Source: Lingula anatina (lineage: Eukaryota; Animalia; Brachiopoda). Taken from it: a stretch of DNA of 64,000 nucleotides. Shown here in pieces: positions 1-13,800 of the stretch. Location of the stretch: contig CM120642.1 in NCBI GenBank assembly GCA_051362555.1, positions 26,226,001 to 26,290,000 on the forward strand, written 5' to 3'. The notes beneath the pieces are model-generated. The model was not told the origin of the DNA. It searched no databases and saw nothing but the letters and a program-made list of their open reading frames with translations. The position numbers and the translations under genes are program-made. Positions within the stretch are counted from its first letter, which is position 1, and every line of letters begins with the position of its first letter.

Positions 1-73
1 AGTACGAGAAAATTGCTTATTTTCCCGTGGAAAATCCATTTCGGCAGGTTAATCCCATGGCGTCGCCCTTTAA
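1..73. mobile_element. Right end of a TTAA-flanked (Kolobok-like) MITE, truncated by the window edge
   Basis: 1-45 (agtacgagaaaattgcttattttcccgtggaaaatcc) resembles 9347-9385 (gagtacgggaaaattgccatttactccaggaaaatcc) of the 8778-9419 element. It ends in ccctttaa. Confidence 0.45.
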
Positions 74-1046
74 TTAAGGACTCCATGTTAGACAAAAACT
101 CATAACTTACCGTACTGTCTTTACATGTACAAACCGATGTATATGTTTTGGATGAAGTGTTCGCTGACTTAATTCCATTCCAAATTAATGCTATTGTACC
201 GATGGCGTCATATCATACAAACACCATTTGACGGTTTCGGGGTGATCAATTTAACTATGACATTATTGAACAACGTACAAAAAATCCATGGCTTTTAATA
301 TCTTAAAATGCCCGCATGCGTTCAGATTTTTTATCGTTAATAAGACAAAAAAAATACTTGGTTCAATGAAACATCAATTGTGATTAGGGGTTCATGACTT
401 CATAACAAATTATTCAAGCTACAGTGACGGCATGGGTTGTAGTTCTAAGCCCGATACGATGGCGCCCAATACGATGACATCACTGTAGGCATTCTTTCCA
501 GGGATATTTGAAGTAGTCTTAGAGAGCCAGAAAGCGATAAAAATAATAGAGCCGAAAATTTCAAACGTATTGTAGGATGTCGTTTCATTATATTTTAATG
601 TAAATGTATTACGCTTATTCTTTTCTATAATTTTAAAGAAAGTAGTGGGGTGGGTGGGGTGTGTGATAACCAAGAGTAAGATGATACACACATTTTTCAT
701 AGCAACCTGGACACTATACTTAAGGTTCCTTATCATAAAGGTGTCAAAATATGCGAGTTAATACAATGAGGACAGAATTGTAGGATTTTGTCTTACATAT
801 CCGTCACCGATCAGTATTTCCATTTGGGAGAGATTCTGGATTTATTTTTGGTCAATCAGTGCAAGTTCTTCCCGCTATCTGATCACAATTACGTTTATCT
901 GATTTAATCACATTTCGGCTTTGTTTTTGTCTTTAAGGTCATGTCAGAATATCTTTCTATCCAGCCGTGCTATCGGCGTATCATGATTGTAATTTGAGTC
1001 GCTCTTGGACTTTGAAGTTAAAAAACAGAGTCATCAGCAAAGGTTA

Positions 1047-1078
1047 GTAGAACCAAGGAGATAACTCCTTGGTAGAAC
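1047..1078. mobile_element. 18-bp palindrome flanked by a 7-bp direct repeat (P-superfamily-like footprint or minimal MITE)
   Basis: gtagaac [CAAGGAG-ataa-CTCCTTG] gtagaac. Confidence 0.5.
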
Positions 1079-3421
1079 ATTATTCAAACGTTCTTCACTG
1101 TTTATTAATTAAAAAAAAAAAACAAAACTCGCAAAAAGATTTCATATTTTGCATCAATACGATTCGCACAACCTAGCCCCTTATAATTACATCTAACGTG
1201 AGAAAAACGTTCCCACTATTAACAAAATATAATGATATGTGTCGGTTATATTTACCAAGATAGCAAGCATGTAGTGGTCGTACTGACGTCAGCAGTGGTG
1301 GGCATGGTCACGGTCGGCAAGCGCTGTCGGTCCAACGTTGAAACGTCCCCGTGTTTGCGAAAATTTATTTTTCGGTTGCTTTCTGTGCTGTATATAACCG
1401 GGCCAGATAAGTAAGTCAACTTACGGCCAAAAATTAAAAATTTGATTCGTATAAGAAATTAGTAGCAGTGGTTTACATGTGTTACTGGAAAAACACGCTT
1501 GCTTTATATGTAACTTTAACTGTAGCAATTATTACGAGCTACATGTCCATGTAAATCATGCTTCAGCACTTAGATTCATGTTTTATAATTTATGTCAAAG
1601 AACGAAAAAATCCCCGTTAGCACGTTGCCATGGATTTTTGGAAAAGTTGAATACGAAGCTAAGAATACAGGGGTTGGACATGCATATGGACTGCAGCTGT
1701 TTCACTGTAAAAGCAAAAACACTAAAAAGTTATCTTTGTGTAACTTGGTGTATGTGCGCGCACAAAAAATATGTTCACAACACAAATGGATATATCTAAA
1801 AAGCAAGAGCTTTATTCAAGAAATTTTAACTGGTATTAACTTTTTTTATCATAAATAATAATTGTTCTATATGTATATATATAACTAGGACTTGGTCAGT
1901 TATCTTAATACAAGATCCATGTGGATAAATTCAAAGCTACCACCCCCCCAGAGTGGGAGCATTCACAAAGCATCAGCATATATAATAATATGTTGTTTTC
2001 TTTGTTAATGGCACAGAGATGTCAATATGAATACTTTGCTATTAAGGGTTGGTTAACTTCATAAGATAACTACTCAACTGAATGATCATTCAATCAATCA
2101 ATATCAATCATTTCAACTTTTAATGACTTGATAACCAATTTTAATGCATTATTTCATCTACCACTTCTTACTGACTAGATACTCATTCTTTTATACAAAA
2201 TATTTTCAATTTAAGCCAAAAATAAGCTAATTTACAATGAGACTGAATATTCTTCATCTTTTTTAAAAAGTCAAACTATAAACAGTCTCAGACCGCCTAT
2301 TTGGCATGCTCAAATATGGATGTGTAGACATTCTTTCTTCTTTTTAACATAGTCCTTTATTTACCCTTGTACAATGCCATATATATTATATATATTAGAA
2401 ACAAACTGGATAAAACCTCAATAGGTAACAAAACGGCCCAAAGACCTAAGTTGTGCAAATAAATTCTATCTCTTACACTTTCCCTGTAAAGCCTAAGTAT
2501 TTAATAACCCAAGTCCACTTTTACCCATTAAAATACATCCACCTCTTTAAATAATATTTAAAACCTATTTTTAAATCTACAGGAGGCTCTGACAGAAAAC
2601 CCTATACTGATATTATAATTTTGTTATCACCTGTGATTTACGGTCATATTCATATATATGCAAATAACCATTACTTATATTTACAAATTTAAGGCAACTT
2701 TAAGCAAACCACACTATTAAAATAAATAAATGTCTATAAGGTTATTTTAAAACAGATAAAAGTATCTTACTAATATTAAAATAAATATTTTAAATATTTT
2801 TTTGTGACCTTTCCACGATTCGTATTGCCATGATAATATATTTAGAAACACTATGTACAAATAATATACAATGTAAAGTACTGACAAAAAAAAAATAAAA
2901 AATAAATAAATAAATAATACATTTCTTGGCCATGAAGATGTCTAGGATATCACAGTATTTTACTTCACTTCTAACAAAAACACCTCAACTTCTTTTGGCT
3001 TCAAATCTACATGTATTTAATCCTTTGCAACTCCCTATCTCATAAATAAATAAGCCATGCTATACTGCACTTGATAACAATGAGCTGTCAGCTATAGTGT
3101 TAAAATGGCAGAAGTACTTAGTGCCTTATAATGATATTAACACCACCATGAAAAACTTCGATGGAGAAGAAAGAGGTATTTTTCATGATGTTTTTCTTAT
3201 TTGCAAATATACATAATAACTGAATGACAATTTCAAATTCAGGCGAAATTAATTCATCAAAATACTGTAGGTTTATCATGCTTAATAAATACCTAATTTA
3301 TTGGTGGGATTAATTCTCCATCATAAAATACTTCCTCTTTAATTCAATAGATGGCACCACATTACACTTCTTCAGATGGTGCTGTGTAATAGCCCAATAG
3401 ATAGATGGCAGCAGCTATCTA

Positions 3422-4797
3422 TCAAGGAGGAGTCATTTTAGGCGTTGGTAATGTTGTTTTTGTGGTCAATATATTTTCAGCTAGTGTGGTTACCATATGT
3501 ATAACTCTGTTGAGTTCTTGTGTGGCATTTGGTGGACCATGTTGAGAAGTAGTATAGTGTCTACCAGTGTGGGTAGCATGAAGACGTTTTAGGGCATCCC
3601 AGGTGCCAACAATTGTCCTAAATAAATAAATAAATAAAGACAAAAAATAACTTTCTCACAATCACATATAATATCAACAATAAAACCCACAGTGGAAACT
3701 ATACAGTAATGAGTATAACTTATTATGTCTGAATTTTAGAAATTTTAAAGTTAAAATGCTTATAAACATTGTTCCATTACCCATTATCCTGATGAAAAAA
3801 AAAAAAAAAAACTAGCACCATGATGTGAAATGAACACATTCAAGTAATACACCAAAATGCTGTAGATAAGTGAACTTACCCTACTATTCCAAGCACTATT
3901 AAAAATATGTCAACAAATTTTTGCCATCTGGTAATAGACCTGAAAATAACAAAGACAAGTTGTAAAAAGACATTTTAAATAAGTTGACAGGTATTACCTC
4001 GATTAAATCAGTTTTATATCAAAGAGCACAAAAAAAAAAAAAAAAAGAATTCTTCAAAAATCTAAAAAATTAATTGATAATATCTTGTAGTGCAAATGAG
4101 AAAAAACATTTATTCTCACACAAGCATTTTGGCGACTTTAATACCAGTACTCAAGTGTAATGCAAACACCATCTTTACGAATACTACTAAGAAACATTTT
4201 GGAATCCATTTATATTTACCCCTTAAAAATTTGTAAATGAAACAATCCTGGTAGTATAAAAGCCAAAAGAGTACAGCAAGATGCCCCCACCAGAGCCATG
4301 AGGTTGGCAAAATTGGGTATAGCAAGGACTATCAGGCCAGTCAACGTGACAACAAATAACCTTAATAAATTCTGAAAAAAAAACCATGCATATTATAAGA
4401 TTCATTTTGTTACGATTGAGAAGGCAAAATGGATTGATTTTAGACAACATAAAAAGCATGAAAAATGTTATTACATAATGTAATTGCTATGACTTGCCAA
4501 ATGAATTATAAGAACAATTGACTGATTTCCTTAATGGCAACTGACAATTTAAAGGCATTTTATCTTAATTTGATTTCTTTCATCAAATTCCAGACAATAC
4601 AAATAAAATGACAAATCTTGATATTAGTGCAGACTTACTCCCTGCCATAATTTCTCCTTTGCCTTTGGTAAAAACCTCTTCTCCAGTATGTTCATCACTG
4701 GGAACATCATGACTGGAAATATGATACATAACAAAGAAACTTCATCATCTCATTGTTTTAACTCTCTCTCTCTCTCTGCACATGCATGCACTCATGT

Positions 4798-4831
<34 letters not shown>

Positions 4832-7800
4832 TCCAATCAACTGCACAATGATGTAGATTAAAAGTTAGAAAATTTTGATCAGACACTGTGTGTGTCATAA
4901 GAAGATATTTTAAATATTCATTCTAAACCATATAACTTGTAAGAATGAATTAACTTGCAAAATATAAACTGTTAGTCAATAATTTGTTATCCCAACATCA
5001 ATATAATTTAAAACATCATTAACATGCAGCAACGTCAACATAAACATGCAGCAACACCTAACTGGAATGCTAAAATAACTTTTTAACAGCAACTGCATAT
5101 TTTTGCAACAACAAGACTTCCCGTCTACTTACACTACGCAACTTTACATTCATGGCAACTTTACATTCTATACAACTAAACTAGCCCATGGTGAGAATTC
5201 ACAGCTAAAGAATTGGATAGAAAGAGTATGCTTTTAGATAACATAAAGGGATGATTTGTGTAAGAAAAGAAAGCAAGAAAAGTAACAACCATCCTGATAC
5301 TCAAATGCCACAAAAAGAGGTTCAAACTAAGAGCAGCTCTGCAATTCAGATAGCAAAGGGAAAATCTCTATCATTTCAATTTACCATAAAAATGCTTACA
5401 ATTAAAGCATAACATTTTGATTCTTGTCCTTTATCTACAGGAAAGGAGAAGGGCATGCAATATATCCTCCACACAAATTGTAGCAAGAATCAAGATGCAA
5501 AACACCTGCGATCAAAAATAAAAGGAAAAGGCAAATAAAGGGAACCGGAGAAGATCAGCATTGGTCAGAATTGTGCCGGAAGTGACGTGCAGTGGTGTTA
5601 GAAACGAAGTTGAGTGGTCATTTTAACATAGAGGTGAACGGCAGTGAAGACGGGTTGTCGGAGGAAAAAGAAGTTTTCTAAACAACATGGTAAGATAACA
5701 CTTTTTCTTTACGCATTTTGGGCAGAGAAAACTTGTAGAAATAATAAATGCATGCTATGAAAACGTGACACGGAACTTGAAGGTGCAAATCGTGCTTAAT
5801 TGGCAGTCAACTTGTTTTAAAATGAATGCTGCATCGACTGCCATTGCGACAAAGAGTGTAAATGGAAAATAATTCCCGGGAGGCTGTAAATCGTTGCCAT
5901 GTGGAAATTTGGCAGTGATATAATCCAATATGTCCATATCTAAGTATTTTTTGGGTGTTTTATGGTATGGGCTGCAATTAGAACGAAGTTTTAGAGGTCT
6001 TGAAGGACCTTGTGAAAACAAGGAAGTAGTTCGTAACTAACAAGTGAAATTTACCGATCTCCGACCGCTGTGCACAGCTGTATCTTTTTTTCAATATATT
6101 GACGAATTTTTAGATCTTTATATGTCCATCTGACATGAAATGCTACACACATGAGCACACTAATACACCTTTTACACTGGGGTAGGCATAAATCAGTGAC
6201 GAATGCCAAGACAAGGGTGACATTCTGACAGCCTCTTATCTGAGCTAAAAAATCACAAGTACGCGACTGGCATTTCACTGACAAGATCTTCCCAAAAAGA
6301 CGGAAAGAGAATTCAGGTGAGCTGACAGGTAATTAAGACTAGCTCAAAGTACTAATAATTGACATTATTATGCAATACTCAGTTGGTAAAACGATTCTCA
6401 CAGGTAGATAAGATGTAACATGACCAATTTCTATAGACTAATGATTGCCAGCCTGAGGAAATTGATTTCCAGTCTCTTTTGTCAGTGATTTTTAACTCAG
6501 ATAAGAGGCTGTCAGAATGTCACCTTTGTCTTGGCATTTGTCACTGATTAGCGCCTTCCCCAGTGTAAAAGGTATATCAGTGTGATCATGTGTGTGGAAT
6601 TTCATGCCAGATGGACATATAAAGATCTAAAAATTTGTCAATATATTGAAAAAAAAGATACAGCTGTGCACAGCAGTCGGAGATCAGTACATTCCACTTG
6701 TTAGTTACGAACTACATGTACTTCCTGGTTTTCACAAGGTCCTTCAAGACCTCTAAAACATCGTTGTAATTGCAGCCCATACCATAAAACACCCAAAAAT
6801 ACTTAGATATGGACATATCGGATTATATTAATGCCAAATTTCCACATGACAACGATTTATAGACTCCCAGGAATTATTTCCCCTTTACGCTTTTTGTCGT
6901 GCTGGCGGTCGACGCAGCATTTATTTCTAAACAAGTTGACCACAAATTAAGCACGATTATGCACCTTCAAGTTCCGTGTCACGTTTTCATATCATGCGTC
7001 TATTATTTCTACAAGTATTCTCTGCCCAAAATGCGTAAAAAAAGAGAGTTATCTTACCATGTTGTTTAGAAAACTTCTTTTTCCTCCGACAACCCGTCTT
7101 CACTGCCGTTCACCTCTATGTTAAAATGACCACTCAGCTTCGCTTCTAACACCACTGCACGTCACTTCCGGGCACAATCAATCTTCTCCGGTTCCATGTA
7201 TTGTACAGAAAGATTAGCTTTGTCAGACAAAGCATGGCATGCATTTGGTATAAAGCAAAGATTACAATCCCAGAAATGGTTTATCCCAGAAGTGGTTTAA
7301 CCTTGTCAATATAAATATATATTTCTTCACAAACTAATGTACCTGCTATGTCTGAACAGAAATTTACTTACCTGGATATGTGAAAAACAGGGCCAAACAC
7401 AAACAGGATTTGACCACTATGGCAAAGTCCAAGGATTGTCCTAAAACAAAAGATGTTTTTATCTTTAACAGTACCAGGAATTCATGCAAACTATACCACA
7501 GTTACTAAGAGAGCATTTAAAACACTCTAGTTACTTTGTACTTCAGAATTGCCAAAAATCTAAATCTTTAACAAGGACTTAAATACACGGGAGTGGACAA
7601 AAACGAAATATAGTTTTATTTGTATTTTAATCTTAATTTACCATATGTCTTACTTCTTTACATTTGAAGACACCCTGCTAATAAATACATATAAAGATTA
7701 TTACCTTTAGGTAAATTCATTGTTATTATGTCACTTGTTTCTGGACCAAATGACTAGAAATAAACCAAAAAATGTGTTAAACTTTCCATATTTCATCATT

Positions 7801-10800
7801 AATATATAAAGTGAGAAGATGTGTATGGTTCAGTAACATCCAATATAAGTTTATTTATTTAATGAAAATGTATCCAAGTATTATAAGTGTATCTTATCAA
7901 ATGTCCGTATGGAAATGCTTCATGTATTAATTATTAAGTCCAATTGACATAATACCAAGTCCACTATCTCAATGTCCACTTAAATTATTAACTTATATGG
8001 GTTATTCTAAATCATTAGCACCAAGCATGCAAACAAAATGTATCTATCTCGTGACTGATCTCAGTACCATTCAAAATAACCTGCATCAAGTAACTTAAAT
8101 ATGTCATTTAATATATGTTTGTATTCCAAAAGTAATCCACTTCTTGTTATAATTGCTTTTATTAATAAGCGACCTAAAGGAAATGGGGAGTGACAGATGA
8201 TGGAGTTAGTTTGGCAAATCTAACAATTTTCTCGCAGCTTCAAGGGAGAGGTTGACAGGCCAAGGCCAAAGCATAAGTCTGTATTTTCCAAAACTGAAGG
8301 TGTGGGAGAGGGGCGTTGGAAAGAGGCAGTGTAGAGATTGCAGTGAGTGCCAAATCCCAAATTTAAGCCTAAAAACAGCGGGGGGCCAATCCAAGACCCC
8401 CCTCCCCCCCCCCCCCCCCCCCGATGACTCACCAGGTAACCTGCTCCACCAAAAGTGATGTAAAGAGCAGTCACTAGCACCATAGTCAACTTGAAGTAGC
8501 TGAAATAAAGGTATACATATTGTATGAACCTGGCAGTTTAAAATTCCCTGTTGAAAATGTTTATACACTGGATAATTATATGCGTAAAGCTAGCAGTTTA
8601 AAATGTGCCTGTTAGAAATGGATATACACTGCATAATCACATACATATTGCTGCTGGTAGCTATTCAAAGTGATAATCTGCACAGTAATGAAATTCTACC
8701 TTTTAAGTACAATTAAATATACAGACTTGAGCCTGGGTTTAAACAAATCCCAGAGCATTTATTATGGGACAATACACTTAAAGCAATAATAACTCTTCCT
8801 TTGAGATTCAAAATTCCACAAGAAATACATTCTAAACAACACACGGAAATATATTATATTGCATTTCACCACTAAAACGGCTGTTATTGTAGTAAAACTA
8901 AAAACTGTGCTTGTCAATAGGGCTTTCGGTGCCTTTTTTCCCGGTCATCAAGGCATTCGTTGCCAAGGATTTTGGCGCATCACGCAGATTCTCGCGTGCA
9001 GTCGAGACCAAAATAACAGAGGCGCATGACACAATCCTCAGACGTACGTTGCGAGTTTTTGTACAGTGTGTCGGATAACGAAAAGCCCAGAACTGTACAC
9101 ATTGTGAATATGAGCAATTAAGACGATTATATTGTATGAATCTTATTTTATTGCAATAAAGTGTTGTTGTTGTCTGCTTTTCCCGCGGTTTTAAGTAGGT
9201 CATCAGAAAACCCCACTCGATATGCTATGTTAGAGAGGGCTCCGTCAGTTAAAATCACTTAAGAGATTTTAACAAAAAACCGTACGTTTAGGAAAAAAAC
9301 CCTGGATTAACTTTGAATGCAGGAATGGGGTCGCTGACCATTGGTGAGTACGGGAAAATTGCCATTTACTCCAGGAAAATCCAATTTTTGGCCAAAACGA
9401 AGAGTTATTATGACTTTAATAGGCTGGGGATCTAGGGCCACTCTGGGTCCCATAATAAAATTGATTTAAAAACCTTGGAATTCCACAGAAAAAAAAAAAC
9501 TCATGTCTGAAAATGGGGGCATTCAGATACTGACATCATACCAGCTGGATCGATCCAACTCTGTGGGGATTTTCCCTGAAGTGCGGTCATTGTAATAAGC
9601 CAAATTGTCTGGCAGGCCCCCTTGAGAAGCTAGGGGGGTAATAAACTGTCTGTGCACTTGGCTTTATTAGGCCTTGGCTGCTCAAGGAGAAGAGTCAGGC
9701 ATTAAATCTTATTACACTAACTGCACTCGAGAAAGAATCCCAACAGAGTTGGATCGATCCAGCTGGTGCGATATCTGAATCTACATGCTCCCTTTAATGT
9801 TTAAACAGAATGGCAAAATGAGACATGAAATATCTTGAATTTTTCAACCTCATATTGCAAGACGAGGGTGCAGTGTAGAAGAACATAAATAATTTAATTC
9901 AAATGATAATGCAGCTGTTTCTTGTGGTTACCACTTAAAGTTATGCCTGACTTGTTTATCGACAGATGTTTCCAGAGATAAAATCATTCCAGCACCCTGA
10001 AATTAAAAGAAAAAAATTAAATACTAGTAAGTAACTACAAAGTGAATTACAAATAAATTAATGCATAATTAACGTAGGTAGTCAGTTTTACTTTACCTAG
10101 TAAGACAACTCACCAATTAAAAAAAAATTCTGTCTTTCAACAAGCTTAATTAAATAAATGATAACATATAACATGATAACATATAACTGTGCACTTATAC
10201 AATAGTTTATATCTTGTCACAAACTGACTGGCATTTATATTTTTTAAATAATTTAATACCTTAAATGCTTTGCAAGGTGAGTATTCTCTTTTATTTGTAT
10301 TTCAATCTTGAACTATGCTTCATACTCCCCAAAAATACAATGTATTCTTTATGCCTACTGAACAAAAGTTAATAAATCCTAAAAGTTTATAACAGCTCAC
10401 TGCTAAATATAGGCCTGATAATTTGCCATTTCCAAATTCCTCTATTTTCAAAGCTGCATCATCATGAACAACGAAGCCCTCAAACTAGGCTTACTACAAA
10501 CTATAAAGATCAATACAAACTAGTTTCTGTATGTTTTCATACACAAAATCTTCTGAGGTTTTGACTTTGTATTAAGTTCTTTCTTTGTTTAGCGATAGTT
10601 CAGCCTTTGTCTTATATAAAGTGCGTGATATGTTTTCTGAATAATTCAACACCAACTAGCCTACATGTCTTTCTATGCAATTTTCATGCCCCAAAGTTGA
10701 CATCACGATAAAGGTGCCTCCATAAAATAAAACATTTATCAAACGCCTGAAGATTGCCCTGACTGACCTACCTCGTAACAGTAAATAGCAATAGCCAGAA

Positions 10801-13800
10801 AAAAGGGGAAACCTTTTATAGATATTTTCTTCGGGTGTATTCTGAAAATAGACAAATAAGAAATATAGCAAATTGGATCCATAACAGGTATAAATCACGA
10901 AATGTAAAATGTTACCCATTTGTGATAAAAAATACTACTCAATGTTTAGATATTAAGAATAGGGAGATTTAAGAAGCTATTCAAATTTCATAAGTGTCAA
11001 GTTTTAAATGAAAGATCTTTCATGTAAACAGCTAATACCTAAACACAAATGGCTATGTATAGAAATACTGCAATGGTGTGTTAAAAGTCTCTTTTTATTT
11101 CATCTGGCAATATTATCAATAAATTACGCACAACTTTTCCTGATCTATTTCATTGCTTTATAGCAAACCGATGTTTATACCAATCTTAACAATAACCAAC
11201 TACTACAGAGGCATTGGGGAACCCGCTCCATTTTTACCACATTTCATTATAGGGTTGATTGCAGAACAGTTGGATACAGTTGCATGACACGTTCACCCGG
11301 AGAAACACTATTCACATCAAACCACCTACAAACTAGTCATCTTGCCAGATGTTCACTTACATTTAATTTTGCATTAGACCATAACACAGACGCTAAACCT
11401 AGACCATCTACCTTTGAAGGGAGTGGGAGAGGGGGATAAGCCAGGTGACAGCCTTTATTAATATTTATAAATTTTATTTGCTACAATAGCATTTTCTTTA
11501 ATTCAAAATGTGAACCCAAAGACTTGGTCTTAAAAGATATGTAGAGATATGTAGTCAATATATAATCCAAGAATTTGACACTCCCACCACCAAATTTATT
11601 CTGACAAATTTTTTGAGGAACAACTACACCATCTTCCCATTCTATATCAGTGACTAAATAAAAGGCATCTTGCAGAATGAGATAATTTCACAGTACCTCT
11701 AACAACAGAGTGATTGATAATTAAAGGTACGGTGCCATTCTTCACAAAGTTTCTAGGGTCCTTTAATTTCGTATCACCTTCCCCAGAAGTGTGTGACTTG
11801 AGACTTAGGTCAGCTAGTTTCTTGCAAAATGAATGCAATATTTTTCTCTCTTTTTCCATTCATTTTAAATTATGGTTATAATTTTCCTTTTTAGTTTTAC
11901 AGTAAAGCAGATTAACTACTGCCTTTGTTAGTAGCAAGACAGTTTAGAGCACCCAAATGCAAATGAATACAACTTTGATTTTTTTCTCCAATAGTTTTAT
12001 AGTATTTTGTCATGTCATTTCATTTTAATGCCACTATATTCAATACAAAATGACTTTTCAAGCAATGAAATTAATCCAACTTACAAAAAACTCTCTTTCC
12101 TGGCAATTAATAAGTATATTGATATCCAGAATATTTTGCTTGCTCAAGTCATTCACTTTCTTGGTGTACAATACATTCAGGTATCACAAGCCCTTCACAG
12201 TTTTTCAATTTAACCTACCCTCTATTTCCACCATGAAACAAATATCATTGTGCAAATTAAAAAAGTGTCTGTTTTTACTTTTGAGGCATCAAATAAATAA
12301 AACTGCATAGTGTTCGAAGCTTGGAAGCACTTAATGAAAAGTGGTGCTCCTTAAAAGTGCAGCCAGGCATGTCTAGAGCATGTTCAAGTTGGACTGGAAA
12401 TAGTCTTTATGACATCACTGGGCAACCAAATGGTTTGACATGACGTAATGTCCCCAGGGTATTCCTGATGTGATATCATTGTCTAGGGACCATTTTCAGA
12501 GCAACTTAGATCATGTCTGAACAGACCTTGAAGCATCAATCATCAGCTTTACTGTTCTCTAATAAAGGTATTAGGCAAAGAATCATATCTTTTTATTTTC
12601 AAATTCATAAAAATAATACCCCACTAGGTGTGTTCAAATAACTTACAAATCATTCTCAAAATAATAAATGACGCTGATTTTTAAAAATACATCTAAACCC
12701 CCAGAAATCCTTTTAAATATTACTTAGAAGATAAAACAAGCAAATAAAACAAATTTAAATCATAATTATTCTTACAAAAACATAATTTCTGAAGTGCTAA
12801 AATGACCATTTTATAATAAATGAATAAAAAATCAAAAATGATACAAAAGGCTACTATTATATGATAAAAAATACTCACTCCACGTTATGAAAGTGTTCAA
12901 AGTCAAACCAGAAAACCACAGTGAAGGCCATAAGGTTGGAGATTTGAGCAAACAAGCTGGAAAAAAAAAGATTATTTTTATTTAGGTAGACTACCACCAT
13001 CTACCTTTTCTTTCTCCAACAAGGTGGTTATGTTTTGCTTGCCTTTAGTAGATTTGTTTGTGGGTTTGTTTCTGTGTGTGCAGATTTACACAAAAAGTAA
13101 TGAACAGATTTTGATGAAATTTTTAGGATGGTCAGGAATGGGCCAAGGAAAATATGATTCATTTTTGGTGATGATTCATTAATTAATTATTGGTTCATTA
13201 TAAGTAAATAAGTATTTGTCCTGGCGGAGGTTATGCTTTCTGAGTGCTTTTCTAGTTTAAATATTAATGGTGAATACTTTTTAAAAATTCGTGCTCATTT
13301 GATATTTTTGTAACTAATTCAATAAAAGATTCAAACTATCATTATCAACTGCTATACACCAAATTCATCATCAGTTGTGTAGAAATGAAATTTTACACAA
13401 AGGCCAAATAAAATGACCTTGCTGGTAAAATGAAAAAGCAGTTAAAAAAACTCTGAAATGCACCAAATAACACTAAAGCATTTAATTTCATATATGTATT
13501 TTTTGTTAAAAAAAAACTGAAAATGAAACCCCTTGATGTGTTCAAGCAAAATAGAATGCACTTAATTCCAGAAAAAAACTCAATCTCTACTAGTAAAACA
13601 TTAAAATGAAATTCTGAGTAAATGCGACAAAATGGAGTACTTTACCTAGACAATGCCAGACTACTAAGGTGCCTGATTAATGTTAGTAAGTACAGGGGCG
13701 GCAATAGGATAAACATCCAATGATGCCTGAAACAAGAGATAAAATAAAGATAAATATACCTCCCCATACATACATACATACATACACCCAATGACTCTGA

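Noticed and set aside
419-736. 105-aa minus-strand ORF
   Set aside because: No recognisable motif or supporting splice structure; likely chance.
5755-6284. ORFs inside the foldback arm (possible transposase)
   Set aside because: Short, with no DDE or DNA-binding motifs recognisable.
8206-8568. Gly/Pro-rich ORFs
   Set aside because: Produced by the intronic poly-C/G tract; only 8433-8499 is a real exon.
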